The notes below the pieces were generated by a model that worked only from the letters and a program-made list of their open reading frames with translations, was not told the DNA's origin and did no database searches. Below are positions 40,837 to 51,378 of a stretch of DNA of 64,000 bases, one piece after another (position 1 is the stretch's first letter; each line of letters opens with the position of its first letter). Made by a program: the position numbers and the translations under genes. The stretch is from Gammaproteobacteria bacterium (GTDB lineage: Bacteria > Pseudomonadota > Gammaproteobacteria > GCA-001735895): assembly GCA_050298595.1 (NCBI GenBank), contig JBNKUM010000101.1, forward strand, positions 96,001 through 160,000, written 5' to 3'.

Positions 40837-42798
40837 GTGAGAGGTTTTATCAACAATCTTTTAGCTACCAGTATCGGCAAAATTTGTATACATTGTTTAC
40901 TGATATTTGGGTTTCTCAATATATCACTGGCTCATGCTTCCATAGAAGAACAGAGAGTTCTTTTTAAAAAGGCCGAACATGCTTTGCTTAAAAATGACAA
41001 ACTCGAGTTCGCTTTAATTAAGAAACGTCTTAAAGATTACCCAATTACAGCCTATCTAGAATACGATCAAATTCGTAAACGGCTTAAAAAAACAAAACCC
41101 AAAGAAGTAAAAGAATTTCTTGAACAATATAAAGGTTACCCATTTGTCTATCATTTACGCAGCCAATGGTTGAACCTGCTGGCTAAACAGAAAAAGTGGA
41201 AAGAGTATCTGGATTTTTATGATGGTCGTAATGAAACTCGCTTTAAATGCCAGGCGTTAAATGCACGTCTTAATACTGGTACTAAACTGCTAGGTATCAA
41301 TAAGGAAATTCGAGCCATCTGGCTTTCCGGTTATTCACAACCCGAACAATGCGACCCAGTGTTTAAGCATTTTATCAAAACTGAAAAAAATCCTGAACAG
41401 GCAATATGGTTGCGTATTGAAAAAGCATTTAAAGCCAGGCGTCCCTCACTTGCGAAGTATCTGGCCAGGCAACTCAATACTAAAGATCAAAAGCTGGTCG
41501 AAACCTGGTATCAGGCGCACAAAAATCCAGAAGACAGCTTCACCAAACTTAAAAAGTCAAGAGACAACCTGCTTAATCGAAAAATTATAATTCATGCTCT
41601 GAATCGACTAGCTCGTAGGGATAGCCTTAAAGCACAACAATTCTGGCAGCAGGTTAAAGATAAATATAAATTCGATATCAAACAAAAACAACAAATAGAA
41701 AAACGTATAGCCCTGTCTTCAGCTTACCAGCATAAAGCTGAAGCTAAACAGCTTCTTGAACAATTACCTGATGAGCTTAAATCGGATAACGCTTATCTAT
41801 GGCTGGCTCGAATCTATTTACGTGACGAAGACTGGATAGGCCTTATAAAAACCATCAATGCTATGCCTGAGCGTCTAAAAAAAGAAGCCGAGTGGACCTA
41901 CTGGCAAGCACGAGCCTACGAAGAAGCAGGGCATGAAATTAAAGCAAAAACACTCTTTAAGGGCTTATCCAATCGTAGTACTTATTATGGTTTTTTAGCT
42001 GCGGATAAATCTAAAAATGATTATGTGATCAACCAACAGCAACTGACCTCTCGCAGCTTGGCAGAGGATGAAAAATTATTACTCGATAACAAACCACTAT
42101 TACGCGCTCGTGAGCTTTTCTTTGTGGGACGAAATCTGGAAGCTCGGCGTGAATGGTTCCAGGGAATTCGTAACCTTAAGACGGAAGAAATCAAGCAGGC
42201 CGCTCAAATGGCCTTCTCCTGGAAGTGGTTTGATAATGCGATCAAGACCGTGGCTAAAACGAAACATAGAAATGATTACGATCTTCGTTTTCCAATGCCT
42301 TTTCAGGATGAAGTGATGCATCAGGTTAGCAATCACAATCTTGATGCGGCTGTTGTTTACGGCATAATTCGCCGAGAAAGTTTATTTGACCCACTCGCCA
42401 GATCTCAAGTTGGGGCGTTGGGGCTAATGCAATTAATGCCAGCTACGGCCAGAAATGTTGCGAAGTCTCTGGGGCTAAAAAAACCAGTGCAAAATGACAT
42501 TTTAAATATCAGTAACAATATCAAGCTGGGTACTCAATATTTTAAAACAGTACTAAACCGTTTTGATAATAATATTCCGCTGGCGGCTGCAGCATATAAT
42601 GCTGGCCCCAAAAATGTAAAAAAATGGCTACCAGAAGATGAACCCCTTCCTGCTGATCTATGGGTTGAAACGGTTCCATTTAAAGAAACTAGAAATTACA
42701 TACAGGCAGTTTTGGCCTATGCCACTATCTTCGATAAGCATCTGGGACAAGAGGTCACTATCTCAAGTCGTATGGACGATGTTCGAGCGGCTTACTGA
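40837..42798 (+). CDS. slt: Soluble lytic murein transglycosylase (Slt70-like)
   Basis: IIRRES, GLMQLMP, AAYNAGP, ETRNY; superhelical N-terminal region. Confidence 0.93.
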   Translation: MRGFINNLLATSIGKICIHCLLIFGFLNISLAHASIEEQRVLFKKAEHALLKNDKLEFALIKKRLKDYPITAYLEYDQIRKRLKKTKPKEVKEFLEQYKGYPFVYHLRSQWLNLLAKQKKWKEYLDFYDGRNETRFKCQALNARLNTGTKLLGINKEIRAIWLSGYSQPEQCDPVFKHFIKTEKNPEQAIWLRIEKAFKARRPSLAKYLARQLNTKDQKLVETWYQAHKNPEDSFTKLKKSRDNLLNRKIIIHALNRLARRDSLKAQQFWQQVKDKYKFDIKQKQQIEKRIALSSAYQHKAEAKQLLEQLPDELKSDNAYLWLARIYLRDEDWIGLIKTINAMPERLKKEAEWTYWQARAYEEAGHEIKAKTLFKGLSNRSTYYGFLAADKSKNDYVINQQQLTSRSLAEDEKLLLDNKPLLRARELFFVGRNLEARREWFQGIRNLKTEEIKQAAQMAFSWKWFDNAIKTVAKTKHRNDYDLRFPMPFQDEVMHQVSNHNLDAAVVYGIIRRESLFDPLARSQVGALGLMQLMPATARNVAKSLGLKKPVQNDILNISNNIKLGTQYFKTVLNRFDNNIPLAAAAYNAGPKNVKKWLPEDEPLPADLWVETVPFKETRNYIQAVLAYATIFDKHLGQEVTISSRMDDVRAAY

Positions 42799-42812
42799 TT
42801 AGCCAGGCTGTT

Positions 42813-43475
42813 TTAATCTGCAGGCATGAGGTGATCGATAAACCCTTGCTCAATCAGGTAATGCCATGCCTGGATTATATTCTCAGGAAACTCATGAGGA
42901 GCCTGATACCCAAGAGCAGGATATTTCTGAATCCTTTCGATATCACCAACCATTTCATTGATAACTCCCAGGATGCCAACAATATTTGATACCTGTTGAG
43001 GAAAGCTGAGGGTGGGACAGGAAACATACGAGGTGATTTCGGGCCACTGTGCTTCAGCGGTTAATTTAATCCTGAGTAGTGCATTGGGTTTGGATACAAA
43101 GGTCACGGAATTAACTCCCGCAAGCAATTTTTTTGAGAAGCTAATGTTCTCACCAAAATTTGTGGCTTCTGTCTCCAGTATGATGCAACTGTCATCAACG
43201 CCATTAGATAATGCACGTTTCCGGAAAATGATCGCTTCAGGGGGTGACCAGATATGTTTTGTCCAGTTCCCTGTTTTGCCACTGATAACAAGCTTATCGG
43301 AAAAACCTGATTCGATCAGGTGACAGGCATGATCGCAAACTCTGAGATCATAAGAACAGCAAATTACTATCGCATCGGATTTCACTTTTCGATCAAATGA
43401 ACTCAGGTATTCCCAGAGTTCAGTTGATTTTTTGATTGTTACTGTATCTATCCGATTATTTTTCATTTCTACCAA
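42813..43475 (-). CDS. YdcF (DUF218) family protein
   Basis: VISGKTG, PEAIIF, ILETEATNFGENISFS. Confidence 0.85.
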   Translation of the reverse strand: MVEMKNNRIDTVTIKKSTELWEYLSSFDRKVKSDAIVICCSYDLRVCDHACHLIESGFSDKLVISGKTGNWTKHIWSPPEAIIFRKRALSNGVDDSCIILETEATNFGENISFSKKLLAGVNSVTFVSKPNALLRIKLTAEAQWPEITSYVSCPTLSFPQQVSNIVGILGVINEMVGDIERIQKYPALGYQAPHEFPENIIQAWHYLIEQGFIDHLMPAD

Positions 43476-43483
43476 TAGAAGTG

Positions 43484-44395
43484 CTAACTAGCTGCCTGTT
43501 GCTGCGAGTCAGATGGTTCTATTTCCCAGGTTCTCTTTAATGCCTTGTTGAAGGCACCAATGATGGGGTCATTGGCTCTTTTTTTAAGATAGATAAAGTC
43601 CAGACTGACAGTCGGAATATCGATAGGTGGAATATAGAAATATCCATCCTTTTCTCCCTGCTGCGCAATATCCTTACGGACAATCCCTATACCGACACCC
43701 GCCTTGATCATGCTGTGAAGTGCATCTTCCTGATCGGAAACCAGAACCTTTTCGGGCTTGCAACAGTGTGCCTCGAATAACGACTGGATGGCACTAAAGT
43801 AAGCACAATTCGGCGAAGTATAAACCCATGGCAGTTGTGCCAACTTTTCAATCGAAGGGGAGGGTATTTTATTATGCCAATCTATTGGTGCAGCAACACA
43901 GAGCTGGACCTCTGTAAGTGGCAGCGTCTGCATCTGCGGATCATCGCACTCACCGGAGATAAAAGCACCATCTATACGGCCGACTCGCACATTCTGAATA
44001 TTGGTCTCTGTCATCCCTGATAGAAAATTCAATTCAAGGCGAGGGTAATGAGAGGTCAAATCTCGTTGCAGCAGTGGTAATCTTAAAAATTCCGCGTCGT
44101 TGTTCAATCCGATACTGATTTTACCGAGCAGTTCATCCTGCATACCTTTGGCAAATTGAACAAATTCACCAGCAGCCGCCAAAGTTTGCTCAGCACGCGG
44201 TAAAAGCTTTTCTCCCGCTGTCGTGAGTTGCATGCCTTTGGGTGTACGGTGAAACAGGGTGACGCCCAGCTCTTCCTCCAGCGACTTAATATGGGCGCTG
44301 ATGGCTGGTTGACTGGTAAATAAGCGGTCGGATGCTCGCGTTAGATGGCCTTCCTCGGCCACCGTGATAAAAGTTTTCAGGTGGTATAATTCCAT
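43484..44395 (-). CDS. LysR family transcriptional regulator
   Basis: HTH HLTRASDRLFTSQPAISAHIKSLEEELGVTLFHR. Confidence 0.95.
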   Translation of the reverse strand: MELYHLKTFITVAEEGHLTRASDRLFTSQPAISAHIKSLEEELGVTLFHRTPKGMQLTTAGEKLLPRAEQTLAAAGEFVQFAKGMQDELLGKISIGLNNDAEFLRLPLLQRDLTSHYPRLELNFLSGMTETNIQNVRVGRIDGAFISGECDDPQMQTLPLTEVQLCVAAPIDWHNKIPSPSIEKLAQLPWVYTSPNCAYFSAIQSLFEAHCCKPEKVLVSDQEDALHSMIKAGVGIGIVRKDIAQQGEKDGYFYIPPIDIPTVSLDFIYLKKRANDPIIGAFNKALKRTWEIEPSDSQQQAAS

Positions 44396-44464
44396 ATCAG
44401 GATTCTCGCTTGTATGCTTTTCATGACATTACGGCAAGTACACACGAATCTGCCGAGTTTCGCC

Positions 44465-44501
44465 ATCACATTTTCTGATCAACTGAATCAGATAAAGCAA
44501 T
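44465..44501. promoter_or_regulatory. Putative LysR binding boxes
   Basis: ATCA-N7-TGAT (T-N11-A) then ATCA-N7-CAAT about 70 nt upstream of lysR. Confidence 0.55.
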
Positions 44502-44649
44502 AGACATGTTCGACAGGCATATTCAGATATTCATACGGCTATATCCTTATTTTCTCATAGATAACCAGAATTTTAGCGGCCCCTGAATGCTAGAATTTTA
44601 CGCAGTTGTCTTCCATGCACGACCTGATGTATAGCAGACATTATGAGCC

Positions 44650-45170
44650 ACTGGCAACTCCAGGGTCTGGTTTGCATTTCAATCTTGTAAGTGCTTTTGG
44701 CCTCCTTATCGATAAAATTGCTCAAACAAGGATAAACACTGTTTTTACCGACAGTGCGAGTGACAAACTCAGACGCTGATAACACAAAACTGGTACCACT
44801 GGGTCAGATGACATTAAGGTTGTTAGCCCTAAAAAACCACCCTTGGTATAAGCCGAAAAATCAGCACTGCGTTTGCCATTAAAATGAGTGAATAACATCA
44901 GCAGCATATCCTCATAATTAGCACTACTTTTGGTGAAGTTTTGCACTGTACCGGGGCCGTTATCGATGATAATCCCCGCTTTATCATCCAGCCATATCAG
45001 GTAACCTGTAGACGCATGAGGATCTAGTAGTTCCGGATCACGGGTGCCAAGCATTTGTAGTTTAACGCTATCTGATTGACAGCTACCAGCAGAAGCTTAC
45101 CCAGCAAACGCCAAACAACTAACAAGCAATAGTTTGGCAGTATAGGCGCATAATTTTTTTATTTATATCA
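44650..45170 (-). pseudogene. Decayed secreted MBL-fold (RNase Z/arylsulfatase-like) hydrolase
   Basis: VKLQMLGT.DP, ASTGYLIW, IIDNGPG; HxHxDH eroded to HFNGKR; in-frame TAA in the signal region; boundaries approximate. Confidence 0.7.
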
Positions 45171-45313
45171 GTTTAAATATAATGCTTAAAGCGCGATACA
45201 AGATATCTATAATTGCAGGGATCTTGATGACAATAGATTTAAACGATAGCCATATGACTGCTGGCTCCGAAAGGAAAAACTATTTTCTAAGGCAAAATTT
45301 CAGATGCAAGTGG

Positions 45314-45784
45314 CTATAGCTTTACATATTCACTGATAGTATCTAGCAGCCATTCAGTAACGGAGACATACCTGACACCTGTTAAAGTGTCATTTCTATC
45401 AAAGTAGACAACTTCTCCGGTTTGAGTAGCGACACACAAATGATTACCTTTGATATCTTCCGTGAAAGGTATCCAATCTTCTTGCCAGTTATTTTGTGAA
45501 AGCACACCGACCTCAGTAGAATCGTTAAGAGTTTCTATGGTATCAACTGAATCATCGACAGACATGAGCTTTTCATGGTTCTTTGGGTTGAAATCACCAG
45601 TGTAACTTTCACCTTGACCATTATGCCAGTTCCAAAGGGCTTTGAGATCGGCAGGTAAAACATCATACAAAGGGCCAAACTCAGCGTCCATGTATAAGTC
45701 TGGCACACCTGGCTCCAGTGAGTTGTGAAGTTCGGGTTTTTTTTGCTTGATCAGTTCGCCAAGTTGTTCTAAATGTTTTGTCAT
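45314..45784 (-). CDS. SMI1/KNR4 family protein
   Basis: LPADLKALWNWHNGQ, WQEDWIPF..DIKGNHLCV...GEVV. Confidence 0.85.
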   Translation of the reverse strand: MTKHLEQLGELIKQKKPELHNSLEPGVPDLYMDAEFGPLYDVLPADLKALWNWHNGQGESYTGDFNPKNHEKLMSVDDSVDTIETLNDSTEVGVLSQNNWQEDWIPFTEDIKGNHLCVATQTGEVVYFDRNDTLTGVRYVSVTEWLLDTISEYVKL

Positions 45785-46451
45785 ATCAGTCTTGATTTAT
45801 AATTTTTCGATAGAAGGAACCCTTCATAGCAGATTGTAGAAGGTTTGCCATATTTTTCACCCATAATAGATCCATACTAAATTAGCAGTTAAACTATTGT
45901 CAATGTACTATTTTGATCTGTTAATCATCACTAGAACAAATAGTTACTAGCATATTTTCAAGAAAATTCTACTATTACAATATATCTTTTGTTGAATTTA
46001 TTTAGTGAAGTATTCATGGATTAAGAAATTGGATAAATCTCTACAGGTCAATCATCCCTCGGCTCTGGATTAGCTTCACTTTATTCCCCTTTTAATTTTG
46101 TCTGTTGTTTGACTACTTCTGATATTTGTCCTATCGGGTTGCGTGTTTTGATCGGAGCGCAAATACCTGGAGCCATAGCAACTGGTTTATAAACCTTAAG
46201 CGAGTTTTTTATTGTCGTTAAGAATTCAGGCGCTTAAAAGAAAATACCAGGTGCTCTGGACAAAATGTGGGGATACTGCTTATAGGATTAGCATGCAATT
46301 ACTTATAAGCTCATCGACTGATGGATTGCCTGCCACTGTGTTTAATCTTGACACGTACGTGAAAAATCGCAACACTACTAAAAAAACGAAGAACAAGTCT
46401 GAATTCCCTGCAGTTAGACGTCTTTGATCTTAATAAAGGATATTTTGATTA

Positions 46452-47027
46452 ATGATTAATGCTGCAATCGACCACATTTGTTTTCAGCTCAACCAGTACC
46501 TGACGAAGGTATACGGTTTGAATGAGGATGTGGTTGTCATCTCGAATATCCTTGAGCAGGATGGCTCAGTCTCTGCCCATATAAATAATAAAATCGTTGT
46601 TTCACTGGTCAATATCGAAAAGGATAGCATCCCATTTCGCCAGCAGACAGTGGGCCCAGCTGGGGCTACCCGTTCTCTGGTTACCGCCCGCCCACTGTAT
46701 TTCAACCTGTATCTAATGGTGGCCAGTTATTTCAATGGCAGCAACTACCGGGAAGGCCTCAAGTTCATATCTACCACCCTCAGCTATTTCCAGGGGCAGC
46801 CGGTTTTTAACCAACAGAACTCTCCAGGCCTGGACAGTGGTATTGAAAAGTTGATTCTCGAAATCGAAAACCTCGATCTGAACAATCTCAGTAACCTGTG
46901 GGGAGTTCTCAGTGGTAAGTACCTGCCTTCGGTTTTATATAAAGTCAGGATGATCAGCTTTGACGCCGAAGCCGTCATCGATCAGCCAACCAGGGTATCA
47001 CAACCTGATTCCCAACTCGATTTTTAA
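46452..47027 (+). CDS. eCIS cap/terminator protein (DUF4255, Afp16/Pvc16-like)
   Basis: SLVNIEKD, PLYFNLYLM, LWGVLSGKYLPSVLYKVRM; first gene of the operon. Confidence 0.88.
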   Translation: MINAAIDHICFQLNQYLTKVYGLNEDVVVISNILEQDGSVSAHINNKIVVSLVNIEKDSIPFRQQTVGPAGATRSLVTARPLYFNLYLMVASYFNGSNYREGLKFISTTLSYFQGQPVFNQQNSPGLDSGIEKLILEIENLDLNNLSNLWGVLSGKYLPSVLYKVRMISFDAEAVIDQPTRVSQPDSQLDF

Positions 47028-47041
47028 TGAGGAGATAACAG

Positions 47042-47908
47042 GTGGCCATGTATCAAACTTTATTGAATATCAGGATTGAACATGGTTTTTATCAGAGTGG
47101 CATTTGCCACAGTCTGAAATTTCGTCCGACCGGGAATACCAGTTGTTTACTGGATAACTGTAATCTGCTGTTAAAAAAAACTGACAGTGGCATCCAGATT
47201 ATCTACCAGACTTCCAGCCTGGAAGCATTACAGGCCTACGCAGAAGATGAAACCACACCGTTACAGTTTGATTTTAAGGTCTATGCCTCTGACCCCTATT
47301 TTAGAAGTTACTCCGAGCCTTATGCAGATCGCGACCAGCGTATTCTGTATTTCTCAAACCAGCGAACGCAGTTTGACGTGCAGATGGGCCTGATGCAGGA
47401 TGACTATGCCTCGCCACAGGACTGGATCAGTTTCGATGCGCCAGAGTTGCAGGACATCATTGAACCAGAGGATAGCCTGCTGCCGCCTGAGTTCGTCATT
47501 CATATCTCTGCTTTGACTGAGCAGGGGCTTCAACTGGAACATTGGCTTGCCGCGTCAACCCCTGCCTACACTATTGCCTTTAAGTCACGGGAGAGATATT
47601 GGATATATTACCTGCTCGGTGGTATGGCGCACGACAACTATTACATCCTCGACCAGGACAGGCACATAGAATTTGATGCTCTCGGTCAGGTAAAACTCGC
47701 GGACCGGAAGCAGGCCTATGCCTTCCGCTCCAGGCATAGTATCCCGCTTAATGATTACTATGCATACCGGTTTCAATTGAAGGAAAGGAATGCTGGTGGT
47801 GAAAGAGTAGTGATCAACCGTCTACCGGTCGCCAGTATCTCTCACATTGGAAAAGAAGTGATTGCCGAACAGGAAGCTATCGTATCGGAAATTTATATCA
47901 ACGGCTAA
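47042..47908 (+). CDS. eCIS-associated protein (possible cap adaptor)
   Basis: Between DUF4255 and sheath; IEHGFY, W.YY, LPVAS, SEIYIN pattern. Confidence 0.6.
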   Translation: MAMYQTLLNIRIEHGFYQSGICHSLKFRPTGNTSCLLDNCNLLLKKTDSGIQIIYQTSSLEALQAYAEDETTPLQFDFKVYASDPYFRSYSEPYADRDQRILYFSNQRTQFDVQMGLMQDDYASPQDWISFDAPELQDIIEPEDSLLPPEFVIHISALTEQGLQLEHWLAASTPAYTIAFKSRERYWIYYLLGGMAHDNYYILDQDRHIEFDALGQVKLADRKQAYAFRSRHSIPLNDYYAYRFQLKERNAGGERVVINRLPVASISHIGKEVIAEQEAIVSEIYING

Positions 47909-47925
47909 ACAACATAGGAAAAATC

Positions 47926-49461
47926 ATGGGACAGATGAAAACACCAGGCGTATATATTGTTGAAAAGAGTGCCTTTCCAAATTCGGTAGTCGAGGTTGCC
48001 ACTGCCGTTCCAGCTTTTATCGGTTATACCGAAAAAGCGGATAACAAAGGTAAAACCTTACTTAACAAACCATGGCGCATTACCTCAATGTCAGAGTTTC
48101 ATAATTATTATGGCTTTGCGCCAATGCCACAGTTCAGTATTGATCAACTGAGCGCAGATGGGGGAGAAGAGTCGGACTTTTCTGTGGCTGAAACCAACTA
48201 TGTATTAAACCAGAGCGCTGGAAAATATCTGCTGTATTACAGCATGCTGCTGTTTTTCCAGAACGGCGGTGGGCCCTGCTATATCGTATCTGTAGGGAGC
48301 TATCAGGACGATATTGAAGCTGACCGATTACAGAAAGGAGTGGGCTTATTGATAAAGGAGCAGGAGCCTACCATGGTAGTGATTCCTGAAACCGTCCTGC
48401 TGGACGAACCGAGTAGCATCAGCGTACAACAGGCTGCACTGGCGCATTGCGGCGGCAAGATGAAAAGTCGTATCGCGATACTCGATATCTGGGGTGGACA
48501 ACGTGATCGGCAGGATCCTTCCGGCGATTGCATCGAAAACTTTCGTTCTGCGCTGGGTATTAACTACCTGGATTATGCAGCTGCCTATTATCCCTGGGTG
48601 AATACAACCATCGTGCAGGATAAAGACCTGAACTATGAAAATATTGTGAACCAGGATGTATTGCAAACACTGATGCGCGAGGAGCTGTCGATACCAGATA
48701 CCATCGATGAATCAACGCCTCCAAAAATTGCACAACAGGCCCAATCGATTACCGATATTAGCAACAAATGGGAAGATGTAAGCGGTGATGAAGCCTGGTC
48801 TCAAAAAAACCTGCTGGGCAAAAGCCTGCTGGCAATGAGTCCGCTGTACGGCAGTATCCTCGCTGCCATTAAGGCAAAGCTTAACCTGCTACCACCTGCC
48901 GCAGCAATGGCCGGAGTTTATACCATGGTGGATAATTCTCGTGGTGTGTGGAAGGCCCCTGCTAATGTGTCCCTGAGTGCGGTAGTGTCCCCTGCAGTGA
49001 ATATCACCCATGATGAACAGGAAGACCTGAACGTGAATACTCAGGGAAAATCGATCAATGCAATTCGAAGCTTTATCGGTGAGGGCACTCTGGTGTGGGG
49101 TGCAAGAACGCTGGATGGCAATAGCCTGGACTGGCGTTATATAAACGTGCGTCGCACCATGATTATGCTGGAGGAATCGATTCGTCTGGCGGCTAAGGCC
49201 TATGTATTCGAGCCTAATGTTGCCAATACTTGGGTCACCATCAAGAGCATGATTCGCAACTTCCTCACAGGTATCTGGAAACGTGGCGGGCTAGCAGGAG
49301 CGGTACCAGATGATGCCTTTAGTGTGCATGTGGGCCTGGGTGAAACTATGACCTCGGAGGATATACTGGAAGGCATACTGCGCGTTACCGTGCTGGTTGC
49401 GGTGAGCCGCCCAGCTGAATTCATTGAGATAACCTTCCAGCAACAGATGCAAAAGTCATAG
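47926..49461 (+). CDS. eCIS contractile sheath protein
   Basis: KTPGVYIVE, TAVPAFIGYTEKA, FFQNGGGPCYIVS, RGVWKAPAN, WGARTL, RPAEFI. Confidence 0.96.
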   Translation: MGQMKTPGVYIVEKSAFPNSVVEVATAVPAFIGYTEKADNKGKTLLNKPWRITSMSEFHNYYGFAPMPQFSIDQLSADGGEESDFSVAETNYVLNQSAGKYLLYYSMLLFFQNGGGPCYIVSVGSYQDDIEADRLQKGVGLLIKEQEPTMVVIPETVLLDEPSSISVQQAALAHCGGKMKSRIAILDIWGGQRDRQDPSGDCIENFRSALGINYLDYAAAYYPWVNTTIVQDKDLNYENIVNQDVLQTLMREELSIPDTIDESTPPKIAQQAQSITDISNKWEDVSGDEAWSQKNLLGKSLLAMSPLYGSILAAIKAKLNLLPPAAAMAGVYTMVDNSRGVWKAPANVSLSAVVSPAVNITHDEQEDLNVNTQGKSINAIRSFIGEGTLVWGARTLDGNSLDWRYINVRRTMIMLEESIRLAAKAYVFEPNVANTWVTIKSMIRNFLTGIWKRGGLAGAVPDDAFSVHVGLGETMTSEDILEGILRVTVLVAVSRPAEFIEITFQQQMQKS

Positions 49462-49525
49462 GTGGCAGGTGACTGGTTTAACAATACTAACTCGTTATTT
49501 AACTCAATTTTTATAGGAAACAATC

Positions 49526-49984
49526 ATGGCTGATGATGGATCTGCACAATCAACAAACGTATGGCCCATACCTAAATTCTACTTTCAGGTGAAGTGGGAT
49601 TCTGAGGTAATGGCATTTCAGGAAGTGAGTGGTCTGGATGCCGAGGCACAACCGATAGAGTATAGAAGCGGTGATAACCCGGAATTTTCGGTGATCAAGA
49701 TGCCTGGCATCAAAAAGTATGGCAATGTCACAATGAAAAAAGGTGTTTTCAAATCGGATAACAAGTTCTGGGACTGGTTTAAACAAATCAAGATGAACAC
49801 GATAAAACGTATTCCGGTGACGATCAGTTTGCTGGATGAAGCAGGTGCACCAACGATGGTATGGACATTGGCGAATGCCTGGCCCACCAAGGTGACAGGT
49901 ACTGACCTTAAGTCGGATGGCAACGAAGTGGCGATCGAAACTATCGAAGTCGCTCATGAAGGGATAACCATCGATAATTCATAA
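49526..49984 (+). CDS. eCIS tube protein (T4 gp19-like, Afp1-like)
   Basis: FQEVSGL, IEYRSG, KMPG, AWPTK, EVAIETIEVAHEG. Confidence 0.93.
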   Translation: MADDGSAQSTNVWPIPKFYFQVKWDSEVMAFQEVSGLDAEAQPIEYRSGDNPEFSVIKMPGIKKYGNVTMKKGVFKSDNKFWDWFKQIKMNTIKRIPVTISLLDEAGAPTMVWTLANAWPTKVTGTDLKSDGNEVAIETIEVAHEGITIDNS

Positions 49985-49998
49985 ATTATACGAATAAA

Positions 49999-50040
49999 GG
50001 GGGCTGAATTGACGTTAAGGCTCAGCCTCGTTTCGCTTTG
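49999..50040 (+). terminator. Hairpin after the major tube gene
   Basis: ggggctga...tcagcctc stem followed by gtttcgcttt. Confidence 0.45.
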
Positions 50041-50054
50041 TTAGAGGGAGAGTT

Positions 50055-50510
50055 ATGACGGATGATTCCTATCCACCTTCGGCTTTTTATTTCGAAGTCG
50101 CGTTTGATAAAAAATCGGGGTTATCCGATACCTCGTTTCAGGAGGTCAGTGGAATAAAGGCGACGATAGAAACCGAGACCTATACCGAGTTAGGAGAGAA
50201 TGGATCGGTGCACCATCTGCCAAAAACGCCAACTTATGACAATCTGCAACTGAAGCGTGGTATAGCCGATGCTATGTCACCATTGGTGATATGGTGCAGC
50301 TCGATATTTAATGGAGATTTTTCCAGTCCAATCAAGCCTAAGGATATGTTGATCTATCTGATGAATGAAAACAAATTACCCATTCGCGCCTGGAGCTTTG
50401 TTAATGCCTTTCCGGTGAGCTGGAATATAGATAGTTTCAATTCCACCAAGAACGAAGTTGCGATAGAAACCATAGAGCTGCGTTACAGCAGTTTTTCCAG
50501 AGTAATCTAA
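50055..50510 (+). CDS. eCIS second tube protein (Afp5-like)
   Basis: YPPSAFYF, FQEVSG, HHLP, LKRG, AFPVSW, EVAIETIELRY. Confidence 0.9.
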   Translation: MTDDSYPPSAFYFEVAFDKKSGLSDTSFQEVSGIKATIETETYTELGENGSVHHLPKTPTYDNLQLKRGIADAMSPLVIWCSSIFNGDFSSPIKPKDMLIYLMNENKLPIRAWSFVNAFPVSWNIDSFNSTKNEVAIETIELRYSSFSRVI

Positions 50511-50514
50511 CTTT

Positions 50515-50685
50515 ATGTCGATCGAAATAAAACAGATGATTATTAAATCCACTCTGGTGGATGAACGCAGGAATCAACTCCATTCAGAATATGAAAATTT
50601 TGATATCGAGGAGATGAAGCAGCAGCTCATGGAAGCATGCCGGGAAATGATTGAACAAAACCTGATCGAGTCGCAGGAGCGCTAA
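50515..50685 (+). CDS. eCIS plug protein (DUF5908/Afp6-like, 56 aa; not in ORF track)
   Basis: MSIEIKQMIIK...EACREMIEQNLIESQER; conserved position between tube and LysM genes. Confidence 0.85.
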   Translation: MSIEIKQMIIKSTLVDERRNQLHSEYENFDIEEMKQQLMEACREMIEQNLIESQER

Positions 50686-50692
50686 ACATTTC

Positions 50693-51376
50693 ATGACGAC
50701 AGGGAAGAAAGACAAACTGACGATCTGCAGTTGCACAGTCGATAGCGACGGCAATATTACTGCGAACAAAGATGATGTTTTCGAGTTCATGCTCAATCCC
50801 TCAGAGTATGATCATTCCTACAATATTTCTTACAATAAATCCGAAGCCATTGGTCAACTGGCTTCGGATATGAAATTCAGCAGCATCAAACCACAAAGCT
50901 TAAAGTTTAGCACCCTGCTCGATGGCACTGGAGCGATAGCAGATTCAGGTGGCAGTAGCAAAGACGTCAAGGATCAGGTCAAAGCGCTTAAGGCTATTGT
51001 ATATAACTACGATGGCTCAGAGCATCAGCCCAATTATGTGCGGGTGTTATGGGGTAGTCAGATTTTCTTTGGTCGGCTGGATTCTATGTCGGTCGATAAT
51101 ACCCTGTTCAAACCGAGCGGTGAGCCGCTGCGCGCCAAGGTCAAGATGTCTTTTAGCGGCTTCATGAGCAAGGAAGAAGAAGCATTAAGGGCTAATCGAT
51201 CCTCCCCAGACCTAAGCCATCTGCTTGAGGTGAAAGCGGGGGATACACTACCGCTACTGTGTTACCAGATCTATAAAGACAGTTCCTATTACCTGGAGGT
51301 TGCCCGAGTGAATAATTTAACCGACTTTCGAGATCTTAAGCCGGGTAGCAAGCTCCACTTTCCACCGCTGAGGTAA
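50693..51376 (+). CDS. eCIS tube initiator with LysM domain (Afp7-like)
   Basis: LNPSEY, LFKPSGEPLRA, SSPDLSH...GDTLPLL...VARVNNL. Confidence 0.9.
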   Translation: MTTGKKDKLTICSCTVDSDGNITANKDDVFEFMLNPSEYDHSYNISYNKSEAIGQLASDMKFSSIKPQSLKFSTLLDGTGAIADSGGSSKDVKDQVKALKAIVYNYDGSEHQPNYVRVLWGSQIFFGRLDSMSVDNTLFKPSGEPLRAKVKMSFSGFMSKEEEALRANRSSPDLSHLLEVKAGDTLPLLCYQIYKDSSYYLEVARVNNLTDFRDLKPGSKLHFPPLR

Positions 51377-51378
51377 CA

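Noticed and set aside
46212-46427. 71-aa ORF before the eCIS operon
   Set aside because: TTG start without an RBS and no motif; more likely leader DNA
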